From: Pseudoduganella sp. | GTDB taxonomy: Bacteria; Pseudomonadota; Gammaproteobacteria; Burkholderiales; Burkholderiaceae_D | Length of the DNA: 64,000 nt | NCBI GenBank assembly: GCA_039593775.1 | Contig: JBCNOP010000003.1 | Span: 19,521-83,520 of the forward strand | Direction: 5' to 3' | Part shown: one piece after another, positions 40,554 to 49,864 of the stretch | Layout of the letters: each line of letters opens with the position of its first letter | How positions within the stretch are numbered: the first letter of the stretch is position 1 | Translations under genes and position numbers: made by a program | Notes under the pieces: model-generated | Told to the model about the DNA's origin: nothing | Databases searched by the model: none | The model's input: only the letters and a program-made list of their open reading frames with translations

Positions 40554-41015
40554 ATGGCAGAGCAAGACATCCCGCAGCTGGAAATTCCCGAATCAGTCAC
40601 GGCTGCACTGAACAGCTGGGTGCAGCAAGCCGCCCAACAGGTGGGCAGCCCCCTGCGCAGCGAGATCGAAGACCTGCGCGCGCAACTGGCAGCCGCCCAC
40701 GCCACGCTGGAAGAAAACGAAGACCAGATCACGCGACTGAACGGGGAATTGCGCAACGCGCGCAATATCGCTGCCGACGCCCTGGTCGGCAAGGCCAAGG
40801 ACCAGTTGGCGATCGAAGGCAAGGATGCCCAGATCGCCGACCTGCGCGGCCAGCTCGAACGCAGCGTAGCCATTGCAGCCACGCTGTCCGACGCCAAGCT
40901 GGCGGCGGAAATGGAACTGGTCGGCGCCACCACGGCGCGCGACAACTACCTGGCCGAAGCCTCCGAGCTGCGCACCCAGCTCGAAGCGTGCCGCGCCGCG
41001 CGCCGCACCGCCTGA
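40554..41015 (+). CDS. Coiled-coil hypothetical protein (weakly reminiscent of the KfrA C-terminal part)
   Basis: GGAG RBS; continuous heptad pattern; no HTH seen. Confidence 0.6.
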   Translation: MAEQDIPQLEIPESVTAALNSWVQQAAQQVGSPLRSEIEDLRAQLAAAHATLEENEDQITRLNGELRNARNIAADALVGKAKDQLAIEGKDAQIADLRGQLERSVAIAATLSDAKLAAEMELVGATTARDNYLAEASELRTQLEACRAARRTA

Positions 41016-41034
41016 GGTCACGCACCGTTGGCGC

Positions 41035-41080
41035 TTGCAAGCATGCATCCAACTGTATAGGATGAATGCATTGAATGCAT
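41035..41080 (+). promoter_or_regulatory. Sigma70 promoter and candidate RHH operator of the toxin-antitoxin operon
   Basis: TTGCAA-17 bp-TAGGAT; three ATGCAT palindromes (41043, 41066, 41075) and a TGAATGCAT direct repeat overlap it. Confidence 0.6.
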
Positions 41081-41099
41081 ATTTGCCGGGGCGACTTCG

Positions 41100-41354
41100 A
41101 TGGCAATGATAACAATTCGCAACCTTCCAGATGAGGTTCATCGTGCGCTGCGCGTAAGGGCCGCTGAGAACGGACGCAGCACAGAGGCTGAGGTACGCGA
41201 GATTCTGGCCAGTGCGGTAAAACCGGAATCCCGGCTTCGCATGGGTGAAGCCTTGTCAGCGCTTGGCCGCGAAGTCGGCATTACCGATAGCGAGATCGAA
41301 GCAATTGTTCGATCCCGGGACAAAGAACCCGCTGTGCCGTTGACTTTCGAATGA
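41100..41354 (+). CDS. fitA: FitA/StbC-like ribbon-helix-helix antitoxin
   Basis: 'MAMITIRNLPDEVHRALRVRAAENGRSTEAEVREIL'. Confidence 0.9.
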   Translation: MAMITIRNLPDEVHRALRVRAAENGRSTEAEVREILASAVKPESRLRMGEALSALGREVGITDSEIEAIVRSRDKEPAVPLTFE

Positions 41355-41782
41355 TCGTCCTCGATACCAACGTAGTTTCCGAGGCGATGAAAGCGGCGCC
41401 ACATCCCGCTGTGAAAACCTGGTTGGATAATCAAGCGGCCGAAACCCTTTACTTGTCCAGCATTACGCTCGCGGAGCTTTTGTTTGGCATCCGCGCGCTG
41501 CCGGCAGGTCGGCGCAAAGAAGCGTTGACCGCAGCGCTGGACGGCCTGATTACCCTGTTCCGGGGCCGCATCCTTTCCTTCGATATTGAAGCCGCTCGGC
41601 ATTATGCGGAACTTGCTACGGCTGCAAAATCATCTGGTCGTGGCTTCCCTACGCCGGACGGATACATTGCCGCAATAGCCGCCTCGCGCAAGTTCATTGT
41701 GGCATCGCGCGACGTAGGCCCCTATCAAGCCGCAGGCGTCTCCGTTTATAACCCTTGGGAGCCGCCCGGCAAGCCAGAATAA
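41351..41782 (+). CDS. vapC: PIN-domain toxin (FitB/VapC)
   Basis: 'MIVLDTNVVSE', 'ITLAEL', 'DGYIAAIA', 'ASRD', 'NPW'; ATGA coupling to the antitoxin. Confidence 0.93.
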   Translation: MIVLDTNVVSEAMKAAPHPAVKTWLDNQAAETLYLSSITLAELLFGIRALPAGRRKEALTAALDGLITLFRGRILSFDIEAARHYAELATAAKSSGRGFPTPDGYIAAIAASRKFIVASRDVGPYQAAGVSVYNPWEPPGKPE

Positions 41783-41787
41783 GCCAC

Positions 41788-44226
41788 CTACTCCGAGATC
41801 TCGACCAGCTTGTAGCCCGGGTCGGAAGTGATCTGGGCTTCGGTATAGGGCAGCTTGATCCACTGGCCTTTGACGTACAGCTTGGTCTCGTCGTTGAAAT
41901 GCGGGCTGTCCGGGTTCGAGGACTGGCCGTAGGTGAGGATGCCCTCCGCCACCGGCCCGCTATCGTCCCAGGTCACGAACTGGATGTAGCTGTTGCCGTA
42001 GGCGCCGGCATTGGTTTTCGAATCGGCCGTATAAATCCAGATGCCCGGATAGATCTGGTTCTTCACGCCGCGCCAGTTCATGAAGGTGTAACGCCCGCCC
42101 GGCACCGCCAGGCTGCCATCGGGGCGCGAAATGGATTGCACTTCCTCCGGGCGGGTGCGGCGTTTTGCCGCGGTGTCGAACTGGCTGCTGGCAACCAGCG
42201 CTTCCAGCTTCGCCATGGCGGCAGGAATGCCGGCGGCGCCACGCGGCGTTTCCAGCGGGTCAGCGGGGTTGTAAGGCACGCTCCACCACGAGGCCGCATT
42301 CAATTCGCCCAGCGCCGCATACAGCTCGAAGAACAGGATGGCGCCCGCGCTGCCCGGCGCATGGGTCTTGTCCCACGCTTGCAGTACCGAGCAGGCATCC
42401 TTGGCCGCCGCCGTTGCAGTGCTCGATGCCAGGCAGGCGGCAGTGAATTCCGGCAGCCATTTCTGCGCTTTGAAAAAGCGCGCCTGCAGGTAAATCTGCT
42501 GCAGGTTGGCCATCGTGAAGCGGTTGCCCGGCAGGCCGTCCGCACTGGCCAGGCGGTCGCGCACGATGGCGTGGCCGGTGCGGGTGCGGTTGTTCTGCGG
42601 CGCGCCTTCCAGGTTCGGGCCGGTCGCGATGATCTTCGGATAGCCGGTGAGGAAGGTGCTGGCGGACGGCCACCAGTGGCTGTCGTTGGCATTCAGGATG
42701 TAGTCGCTGCGCTTGACCCACGGCCGTTGCGCAGCGCCGATCGCGCCCGACCAGTCGCAGGCCGACGACGTGCCCGCCATCACCACCACGCCGGTGGTGG
42801 CCATGATGTCCTGGAACGGCGCGCCCTGTGCGGCACCGGGAACGCAGCCGGCCAGTTGCGCATTCTGCACATTGGCTGCCACCGAGAAGTCGCCGTACAT
42901 GGTGTCGCCGGCGCGGTCGGCCGCCATGGTGTTCACCCATGGCAGGGCGACGTAGGTGGACGCCGCGGTGCGCAAGTCGTCCACGCTGCTTGCCTTGCCG
43001 TTCAGGATGACCTGGTCGATCAGCTTGTAGTTCGCCAGGTTGGCGTCCTGGATTGCAAACGCCGATGAAGTACCCCAGGCGAAGGAACTGTCCATCAGCA
43101 TCGGGCCGAACTCGGTGGTGTACAGGGTACGCGACAGCGGCGTCACCGCCCCGTCGGCGCCTTTGACGCTGATCGTCAGCGGCACCGCCGTCATCGCCAC
43201 CGGCTTGCCGTCCTTGATGTAGCGCGTCGGGTTGCTTGGGTCGAGCGCCAGGTAGCGCAAGGTGAAGCGGTTGTCGGTCGAGAAGGTATGGGTCCAGGCC
43301 ACCTTGTCGTTAAAGCCGATCAGCGGCAGCGGCACGCCGAGCAGCGTGGCGCCATACACGTCGTAGCCCTTGCCGGTGACGGTCAGGTGCAGCTGGTTCA
43401 GGCGCAGCGCGCCCCACCACGGGAAGTGGGGATTGCCGAACACCATTCCCTTGCCGGACTGCGTCACGTCCTTGCCCAGGCCAAAGCCATTGGAGCCGAT
43501 GGTGTGCTCCTGGAGCGCCTGCAGGCCTTTGGCGATCGAGGAATTGGCATAGTCGGTAGCTGCCAGCAGACGCGGCTTGCCGCGCTTGAGCAGCGCGGCC
43601 GTGGCGGTTTTCGGCGGCTGCGCGGAGCCGATCTGCTTGATGAAGGCCAGCGAGCTGCCAGCCATTGCCGCTTGCGCGAAGCGCAGGTAGGCGTCGTCCT
43701 CCGTCATCGGCTGCACCCAGGCGGCGTTGTTGCAGGCCGCCGGCAGGCTGGCGGGCGGGGTCTCCTTCAGGTAGCGGTTGTAACCCGCGACGAAGCCGGA
43801 GGTCAGCTCTTGCGCGTCCTGGCTGGAAGCGGCCTTGATCTTCGCCGCCAGCACAGGCGTGAACTGCAGCTTGTAGAAGAAATCGGAATCGATATTGCCG
43901 AAGGTGTCGCCAAGTTGGCCAAGGTAGCTGCCGGCGCCGCCGAAATGCTTCGCGCGCTCGCCGTGCAGGGTGACCAGTTCTTCCGCATACAGGCAGATGT
44001 TCTCCTTGGCGAAGGCATAGCCATAACCATAGCCGGCGCCCTTGAAGTTCTCCGCCTTGATATGCGGCACGCCATAGGAGGTGTAGCGGATCGAGGCGAC
44101 GTAGTTGCTGCCGGTGATGGGTGTGGTGGCGGGCGGCGCCGGAGTGTCATCGCTGCTGTTGCCGCAGGCTGCCAGCAGGGCGAAAGGGACCAACATCAGA
44201 ATACGGGATAAAACTTGCTGTCTCAT
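41788..44226 (-). CDS. Ntn-hydrolase acylase (PvdQ/AHL acylase/aculeacin acylase family), lipoprotein
   Basis: Lipobox 'LLAAC'; 'IRYTSYGVPHI', 'GYGYGYAFA', beta-chain nucleophile 'GSNG', 'GNPHFPW', 'WTHTFS', 'NANDSHW'. Start ATG 44226. Confidence 0.92.
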   Translation of the reverse strand: MRQQVLSRILMLVPFALLAACGNSSDDTPAPPATTPITGSNYVASIRYTSYGVPHIKAENFKGAGYGYGYAFAKENICLYAEELVTLHGERAKHFGGAGSYLGQLGDTFGNIDSDFFYKLQFTPVLAAKIKAASSQDAQELTSGFVAGYNRYLKETPPASLPAACNNAAWVQPMTEDDAYLRFAQAAMAGSSLAFIKQIGSAQPPKTATAALLKRGKPRLLAATDYANSSIAKGLQALQEHTIGSNGFGLGKDVTQSGKGMVFGNPHFPWWGALRLNQLHLTVTGKGYDVYGATLLGVPLPLIGFNDKVAWTHTFSTDNRFTLRYLALDPSNPTRYIKDGKPVAMTAVPLTISVKGADGAVTPLSRTLYTTEFGPMLMDSSFAWGTSSAFAIQDANLANYKLIDQVILNGKASSVDDLRTAASTYVALPWVNTMAADRAGDTMYGDFSVAANVQNAQLAGCVPGAAQGAPFQDIMATTGVVVMAGTSSACDWSGAIGAAQRPWVKRSDYILNANDSHWWPSASTFLTGYPKIIATGPNLEGAPQNNRTRTGHAIVRDRLASADGLPGNRFTMANLQQIYLQARFFKAQKWLPEFTAACLASSTATAAAKDACSVLQAWDKTHAPGSAGAILFFELYAALGELNAASWWSVPYNPADPLETPRGAAGIPAAMAKLEALVASSQFDTAAKRRTRPEEVQSISRPDGSLAVPGGRYTFMNWRGVKNQIYPGIWIYTADSKTNAGAYGNSYIQFVTWDDSGPVAEGILTYGQSSNPDSPHFNDETKLYVKGQWIKLPYTEAQITSDPGYKLVEISE

Positions 44227-44349
44227 CTTGTCTCCTAGTTTTTCGGTATTCGCAAACTTAACTGCTTGGCAATAATACCCCGCCCCGGGCATGAAAAACC
44301 GGAATGCTCCATAATCGCGATTCATTGTCCAACCCAAGAGAGATTGAGC

Positions 44350-45054
44350 ATGACTGGCATTACTGACTTCCCTATCAACGCCAAATGGCCCGCCCAGCAT
44401 CCTGAACGCCTGCAGCTGTATTCCCTGCCTACGCCAAACGGCGTCAAGGTATCGATCATGCTGGAAGAAATCGGCCTGCCTTACGAGCCGCACCTGGTCA
44501 GCTTCGAGACCAACGACCAGATGTCGCCGGAATTCCTGTCGCTGAACCCGAACAACAAGATCCCGGCCATCATCGACCCGGACGGCCCGGGCGGCAAACC
44601 GCTGCCGCTGTTCGAATCGGGCGCGATCCTGCTCTACCTGGCAGAAAAGACCGGCAAGCTGATTCCGCAGGATGCGGCGGCGCGCTATGAAAGCATCCAG
44701 TGGGTGATGTTCCAGATGGGCGGCATCGGCCCGATGTTCGGCCAGGTGGGCTTCTTCCACAAATTCGCCGGCAAGGACTATGAGGACAAGCGTCCGCGCG
44801 ACCGCTACATCAACGAATCGGCGCGCCTGCTCGCCGTGCTGGACCAGCGCCTTGAAGGCCGCAAATGGATCATGGGCGAGCAGTTCACCATTGCCGACGT
44901 CGCGATCTTCCCGTGGGTGCGCAACCTGGTAGAGTACTACGGTGCCGGCGATTTGGTTGGCTTCGAGAAATTCGCCAACGTGCGCCGCGTACTGGGCGCC
45001 TTCGTCGACCGTCCGGCTGTGGCGCGCGGCCTGAAAATTCCAGCGCGCGGGTAA
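44350..45054 (+). CDS. Glutathione S-transferase (YfcG/YghU-like)
   Basis: 'SLPTPNG', 'NPNNKIPAI', 'LFESGAILLYLAEK', 'GIGPMFGQ'. Confidence 0.93.
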   Translation: MTGITDFPINAKWPAQHPERLQLYSLPTPNGVKVSIMLEEIGLPYEPHLVSFETNDQMSPEFLSLNPNNKIPAIIDPDGPGGKPLPLFESGAILLYLAEKTGKLIPQDAAARYESIQWVMFQMGGIGPMFGQVGFFHKFAGKDYEDKRPRDRYINESARLLAVLDQRLEGRKWIMGEQFTIADVAIFPWVRNLVEYYGAGDLVGFEKFANVRRVLGAFVDRPAVARGLKIPARG

Positions 45055-45116
45055 ATTCCTGCAAGTGAGGGGCGTACAATGGCCGGGCAGGATTCACCTA
45101 GCCCGGGAGCATCGCC

Positions 45117-46097
45117 ATGGTACGCCTCCACCGCTTGTTTGCTGTCTTCCTGTTGCTGGCCGCCGCGCTGGCAGCACCCGCCCATGCGGGCAAGCCTTAC
45201 CAGTATTACGCGGTGGGCGATCCCACCAACGCCGTCCTGCCGCAGCCCAAAAAACCCAGCCTGGTGCTGATGGGCGGAGGGCCGGACGTCGACGCGGCCT
45301 TCAGCTGGATGATCCAGAAAGGCGGCGGCGGCAATTTCGTCGTAATCCGCAGCCGCGGCACCGACGCCTACAATCCCTATATCTACGCCATGGGCGGCGC
45401 GCAGTCGGTGGAAACGCTGGTGATCCCGAGCCGCGAAGCCGCCAGTGATCCCTTCGTGATCGAGCGCATCCGCAATGCGGAAGAATTGTTCATCGCCGGC
45501 GGCGACCAGTCCGATTACATCAGCTTCTGGCAAGGCACGCCGGTGCAGGCAGCGATCCAGGAACTGGCTGCACGCAGGATCCCGATCGGCGGCACGAGCG
45601 CCGGCCTGGCCCTGATGGGGCGCTTCGGCTTTGCTGCGCTGAACGGCAGCATCACGTCGGCGGATGCGCTGGCCGATCCCTTCGACAAGCGCATGACGCT
45701 GGAGCGCGACTTCCTGCTGCTGCCCGACCTGGGCAGCGTGATTACCGACGCCCACTTCGACACGCGCGACCGCATGGGCCGCCTGGTGGCCTTCATCGCG
45801 CGCATCGTCAACGATGGCTGGGCCGGCATGGCGCGCGGCATCGGGGTCGACGTGGAGACGGCGCTGCTGGTGGAAGACGGCAAGGGCACGCGCGTCGGCG
45901 TGGGCTCGGTCACCTTCCTGCAATCGGTCGGTCTCCCGCAGGTATGCAAGCCGAAGCAGCCTTTGACTTACCTGAACCTGCAAGGCCAGCGCATGTCGGG
46001 CGGCGGCAGCTTCGACCTGCGCAACTGGGCCGGCTATGGCGGCGCGACCGTGCCGTTTACCGTGTCCGCCGAGGCCGGCGTGCTGGTTACCAGGTAA
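45117..46097 (+). CDS. Secreted cyanophycinase-like peptidase (S51)
   Basis: Signal peptide ending 'AHA'; 'LMGGG', 'IAGGDQ', GTSAG nucleophile, 'DAHF..RDRMGRL'. Confidence 0.85.
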   Translation: MVRLHRLFAVFLLLAAALAAPAHAGKPYQYYAVGDPTNAVLPQPKKPSLVLMGGGPDVDAAFSWMIQKGGGGNFVVIRSRGTDAYNPYIYAMGGAQSVETLVIPSREAASDPFVIERIRNAEELFIAGGDQSDYISFWQGTPVQAAIQELAARRIPIGGTSAGLALMGRFGFAALNGSITSADALADPFDKRMTLERDFLLLPDLGSVITDAHFDTRDRMGRLVAFIARIVNDGWAGMARGIGVDVETALLVEDGKGTRVGVGSVTFLQSVGLPQVCKPKQPLTYLNLQGQRMSGGGSFDLRNWAGYGGATVPFTVSAEAGVLVTR

Positions 46098-46626
46098 AGT
46101 CGTCCGGGATCTTGTAGTCGGCGTAAGGATCGTCTTCCGCCGGCTGCTCGCTGGCGGCCTTCTTGACCGCGACCACCACTTCCGGCGCGCGCTCGGCGAT
46201 CTTCTCGCCCACCACTTTCGGCACCAGTTCGGCCACGCCGTCCAGCACCACGATCACCAGGCGGCCGTTGACCAGGTGCTGCTGCACCGCGTTCGACACG
46301 TAGATGCGGTCGATCTTGCTGCCGATGGTGAAGTTGTAGGCCACGTCGCCATTGCCCTTCGGCTGGCGGTGCTGCTGCACCATCTGGACCACCTGCGCCA
46401 TGATGGCCTTCTGGCTGGCCGCCGCATCGCGCTGCGCATTCAGTTCGCGCGCCCGTTCGGCGGCCTTGCGCTGCTGCTCCAGCGCCGCTTCGCGCGACTG
46501 GTCGACGGCCTTGGTGCCGCTGCGCAGTTCTTCCTTGTGCTGCTTGGACTTTTCCTGCTGCACCTTGTTGACCTTCTTCTTGTCGACCAGGCCAGCCTTC
46601 ATCAATTGTTCTTGTAACGAAACCAT
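46087..46626 (-). CDS. DUF2058 (YaiL-like) protein
   Basis: 'SLQEQLMKAGLV', 'YNF', ends 'DDPYADYKIPDDFTW'. Confidence 0.9.
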   Translation of the reverse strand: MVSLQEQLMKAGLVDKKKVNKVQQEKSKQHKEELRSGTKAVDQSREAALEQQRKAAERARELNAQRDAAASQKAIMAQVVQMVQQHRQPKGNGDVAYNFTIGSKIDRIYVSNAVQQHLVNGRLVIVVLDGVAELVPKVVGEKIAERAPEVVVAVKKAASEQPAEDDPYADYKIPDDFTW

Positions 46627-46676
46627 GTCTTACTCCTTTGTTGCCCGCAGTTTACCAGAGCAGGTATATTGGCCGC

Positions 46677-47525
46677 ATGAAGAGGCTTATCATTCTCACA
46701 ATCGCATGCGCGGCGCAACTTCCCGCCGCCCAGGCCGGCGATGCGGACCAGCTGGCCGCCATGGTCAACGCCTGGCGCGCCGCCCCGGCCACTTGCCAGG
46801 GCAAGCAGCGCCCTGCCGTGCCGGTGCTGGCGCCAAAGGCGGTGCTGTCGCGCATCGCGCTCCGGCCCGGCACCATCCTGCTGGCCGCCTTGGACAGCGC
46901 CGGCTACGATCCCGAAGTGGCGGACGCGGTCAACGTGGAAGGCCCCACCGACGCCCGCAGCGCATTCGAAGCCTTGCGCGAATCGTATTGTGCAACCCTG
47001 GGCAGCACGCGCTACCGCGACATCGGCGCGCACCGCATGGGCAATGAATGGACCGTCGTGCTGGCAAGGGCTGCGCCAAACCCCGCCACGCTGATTCCCG
47101 ATACCGCCGGCGCCGCGCAGCAGGTCTTCAAAGCCACCAACGCGGCACGCGCTGAAGCGCGCCAATGCGGCGACACCTGGATGGAGGCCGCGCCGCCGCT
47201 GGCCTGGAACCAGCAACTGGCCGAAGCAGCACAGGCGCATAGCGAGGACATGGCGCAGCAAGGCTACTTCGCCCACAAAAACAAGCAAGGCAACGAGGTG
47301 CCGCAGCGTGTCGAAGCGCGTGGCTACCGCTGGCGCCATGTCGGGGAAAACATCTCGCGCGGCCAGGTCACTGCGCAGGAAGCCGTGACCAGCTGGATCA
47401 ACAGCCCGGGCCACTGCTACAACCTGATGAACCCGAAATTTACCGAGTTCGGCGCCGGCGTCAGCATCCGCCAAAGCAAGCACCCGGCAGCTTACTGGAC
47501 CCAGGTATTTGCAGCCCCGCGCTGA
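46677..47525 (+). CDS. Secreted CAP/SCP-domain protein (degenerate plus intact CAP domain)
   Basis: 'AQAHSEDMA', 'YFAH', 'GENI', 'WINSPGHCYNLM', 'YWTQVF'. Confidence 0.9.
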   Translation: MKRLIILTIACAAQLPAAQAGDADQLAAMVNAWRAAPATCQGKQRPAVPVLAPKAVLSRIALRPGTILLAALDSAGYDPEVADAVNVEGPTDARSAFEALRESYCATLGSTRYRDIGAHRMGNEWTVVLARAAPNPATLIPDTAGAAQQVFKATNAARAEARQCGDTWMEAAPPLAWNQQLAEAAQAHSEDMAQQGYFAHKNKQGNEVPQRVEARGYRWRHVGENISRGQVTAQEAVTSWINSPGHCYNLMNPKFTEFGAGVSIRQSKHPAAYWTQVFAAPR

Positions 47526-47611
47526 GCTTGACATCTGCCCCCTGCGTACTAGGCTTATCTGATCGGCAGCCTGCGGCATGCCGCTGCAGGTGCCGGTGTT
47601 TGGGGGATGTC

Positions 47612-48043
47612 ATGGACACCAAAAAACTCATTAGTGAAGCATACAAGCAGTTTGCAGCAGGCGACATCAAGGGCCTGCTTGAGCGCTACTACGACGATGC
47701 CGAATTCATCAATCCGGAATCCGACTACCTGCCCATAGGTGGGACCTATCACGGCAAGAAAGAGATAGCCGAGTACTTCATGAAGCTGAATGAGACTGTC
47801 CAGTGCCTGATGCTGGAGCCCAAGACCATGGTGGCCGAAGGCGATACGGTGGTCGTCACCGGCGACTCACGCTGGATGGCACGCAGCACCGGCATCGAAT
47901 ATGAAAATCCCTTTGTCCACGTGATCAAGATGCGCGATGATAAGGTCGTGTCCCAGCGCGCGTACTACGACACCAGCAAGCTGGAACATGCCCTGCAGCC
48001 GGCTACCACAGGAAAAACCACCGGCAAGCCACTGCACCACTAA
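47612..48043 (+). CDS. SnoaL-like / NTF2-family protein
   Basis: 'YKQFAAGDI', 'GGTYHGK', 'AEGDTVVV', 'YYDT'. Confidence 0.85.
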   Translation: MDTKKLISEAYKQFAAGDIKGLLERYYDDAEFINPESDYLPIGGTYHGKKEIAEYFMKLNETVQCLMLEPKTMVAEGDTVVVTGDSRWMARSTGIEYENPFVHVIKMRDDKVVSQRAYYDTSKLEHALQPATTGKTTGKPLHH

Positions 48044-48056
48044 CAGGAGAGCGAAC

Positions 48057-49835
48057 ATGCCGACCGTCCGTGCCCTGCCTTTGATGCTGTGCCTGGCGGC
48101 CGGCGCCCTGCCCTCCGGCTCGCAGGCAGTACGCGAGCCGGTCTTTGACCCGCTGCTGGATGGCCCCTTATGCGCCAATCCAGCCGGCGGCAGGCGGCTG
48201 TTGCTGGCCATGGCGGCGCCAACCGAAACGGCGCCATTCAAGCCGGTACAACAGGCACGCAAAGCCGGCGAGGACAGCCCGCCGCCGCTGTACAAGGACC
48301 TGGGCAAGCTGCATTTCTCGATCACCACGCGCAGCCCGCGCGCCCAGGCCTATTTCGACCAGGGCTTGCGCCTGCTGTTCTCCTTCAACCATTCCGAAGC
48401 CGCACGCGCCTTCCGCGCCGCGCAACAGGCCGACCCGCAGTGCGCCATGTGTCACTGGGGCGAGGCACTGGTGCTGGGCCCGAACATCAACGCGCCGATG
48501 TTCCCAGAAATGGTGGCGCCGGCCTATGCGGCGGCCGAACGCGCAGCGGCGGCGGCCAACACGGCCAGCCCGGTGGAACAGGCGCTGGTGCGCGCCGTGA
48601 ACAAACGCTATGCTGCACAGCCGCCGGCCGAGCGCGCGCCGCTGGACCAGGCTTACGCTGCCGCCATGGCCGAAGCCGCACGCAGCTTCCCCAACGACGA
48701 CACGGTGCAGGTGCTGTTCGCCGAAGCGTTGATGGACTTGTCGCCGTGGGATTACTGGGAAACCGGCGGCGCCAGCCCGAAAGGCCGCACGCAGGAACTG
48801 GTCGACGCGCTGGAGCGGGTACTGGAGCGCAACCCCAGCCATCCCGGCGCCATCCACTACTACATCCACGCGATGGAGGCGTCGACCCATCCAGAAAAAG
48901 CCCTGCCCTACGCGCGCCAGCTGGCAAAACAGATTCCCGGCGCCGGCCATATCGTGCACATGCCCTCGCACATCTACTACCGTGTGGGCCTGTATAAGGA
49001 CGCCCTGCAGGCGAATCTCGATGCCATTGCCATCGACGAAAGATACTTCCGGGGAGCCGCAAGCGATCCGGTGTACAAGGGCGCCTATTACCCGCACAAC
49101 ATCCACTTCGCGATGGTCTCGGCGCTGATGGGCGGCGACGGCAAAGCCGCACTGCAAGCGACGCAGCGGCTGGAGCAGTCGATCAGTCCCGAACAGCTGC
49201 GCGCAATCCCGCCCATGCAGCCGGTGCGCGCCGCGCCCTACTTCGCCCATGTCCAGTTCAGCAGCCCGGACACGCTGCTCGGGCTTGCCCTGCCGGCCGA
49301 GGAGTTCGTGCTGCTGCGCGCGATGTGGCATTACGCACGCGCGGTCGGCTTTGCGCGCAAGGGCATGTGGGACGACAGCCAGCGCGAAGTCGACAGCATC
49401 GCCGCCATCGAGCAGAAGGCCGACTTCAAGCCGCTGGCCGATTGGGGCGTGCCCGGCGCCGATATCGTGCGCACCGCGCGCCTGGTGGCCGCCGGCAAGC
49501 TGGCCGAAGCGAAAGGCGAACTGCCCGGCGCAATCACGCTGTTCACGCAGGCGGTGTCGGCACAGGATGCCTTGCCTTATACCGAGCCGCCCTACTGGTA
49601 CTACCCGGTGCGCCAGTCGCTCGGTGCGGCGCTGCTGAAGGCCGGCCGGCTGGAAGAAGCGGAAGCGGCCTTCCGCGCCTCGTTCGCCAAGACGCCAAGC
49701 AATGGCTGGGCCTTGCGCGGGCTGGTCGAGGTGTATGAAAAGCGCGGCGACAAGGCTGCTGCCGCTGCCGCGCGCAAGCGCTTCGACGCGACCTGGCTCG
49801 GCGCGAAGGGCGGCCCGGAACTATCGCGTTTATAG
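48057..49835 (+). CDS. Exported TPR-repeat protein with His-rich motifs
   Basis: AGGAGA RBS, signal peptide; 'AQAYFDQGL..FNH.EA', 'HPGAIHYYIH', 'GHIVHMPSHIY', 'EPPYWYYP'. Confidence 0.8.
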   Translation: MPTVRALPLMLCLAAGALPSGSQAVREPVFDPLLDGPLCANPAGGRRLLLAMAAPTETAPFKPVQQARKAGEDSPPPLYKDLGKLHFSITTRSPRAQAYFDQGLRLLFSFNHSEAARAFRAAQQADPQCAMCHWGEALVLGPNINAPMFPEMVAPAYAAAERAAAAANTASPVEQALVRAVNKRYAAQPPAERAPLDQAYAAAMAEAARSFPNDDTVQVLFAEALMDLSPWDYWETGGASPKGRTQELVDALERVLERNPSHPGAIHYYIHAMEASTHPEKALPYARQLAKQIPGAGHIVHMPSHIYYRVGLYKDALQANLDAIAIDERYFRGAASDPVYKGAYYPHNIHFAMVSALMGGDGKAALQATQRLEQSISPEQLRAIPPMQPVRAAPYFAHVQFSSPDTLLGLALPAEEFVLLRAMWHYARAVGFARKGMWDDSQREVDSIAAIEQKADFKPLADWGVPGADIVRTARLVAAGKLAEAKGELPGAITLFTQAVSAQDALPYTEPPYWYYPVRQSLGAALLKAGRLEEAEAAFRASFAKTPSNGWALRGLVEVYEKRGDKAAAAAARKRFDATWLGAKGGPELSRL

Positions 49836-49864
49836 CCTGACGGAAAATCGCCTACACTACGGGG

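Noticed and set aside
44227-44760. 990-aa version of the acylase in the ORF track
   Set aside because: The extension is antisense to the GST gene; the signal peptide and lipobox start at ATG 44226.
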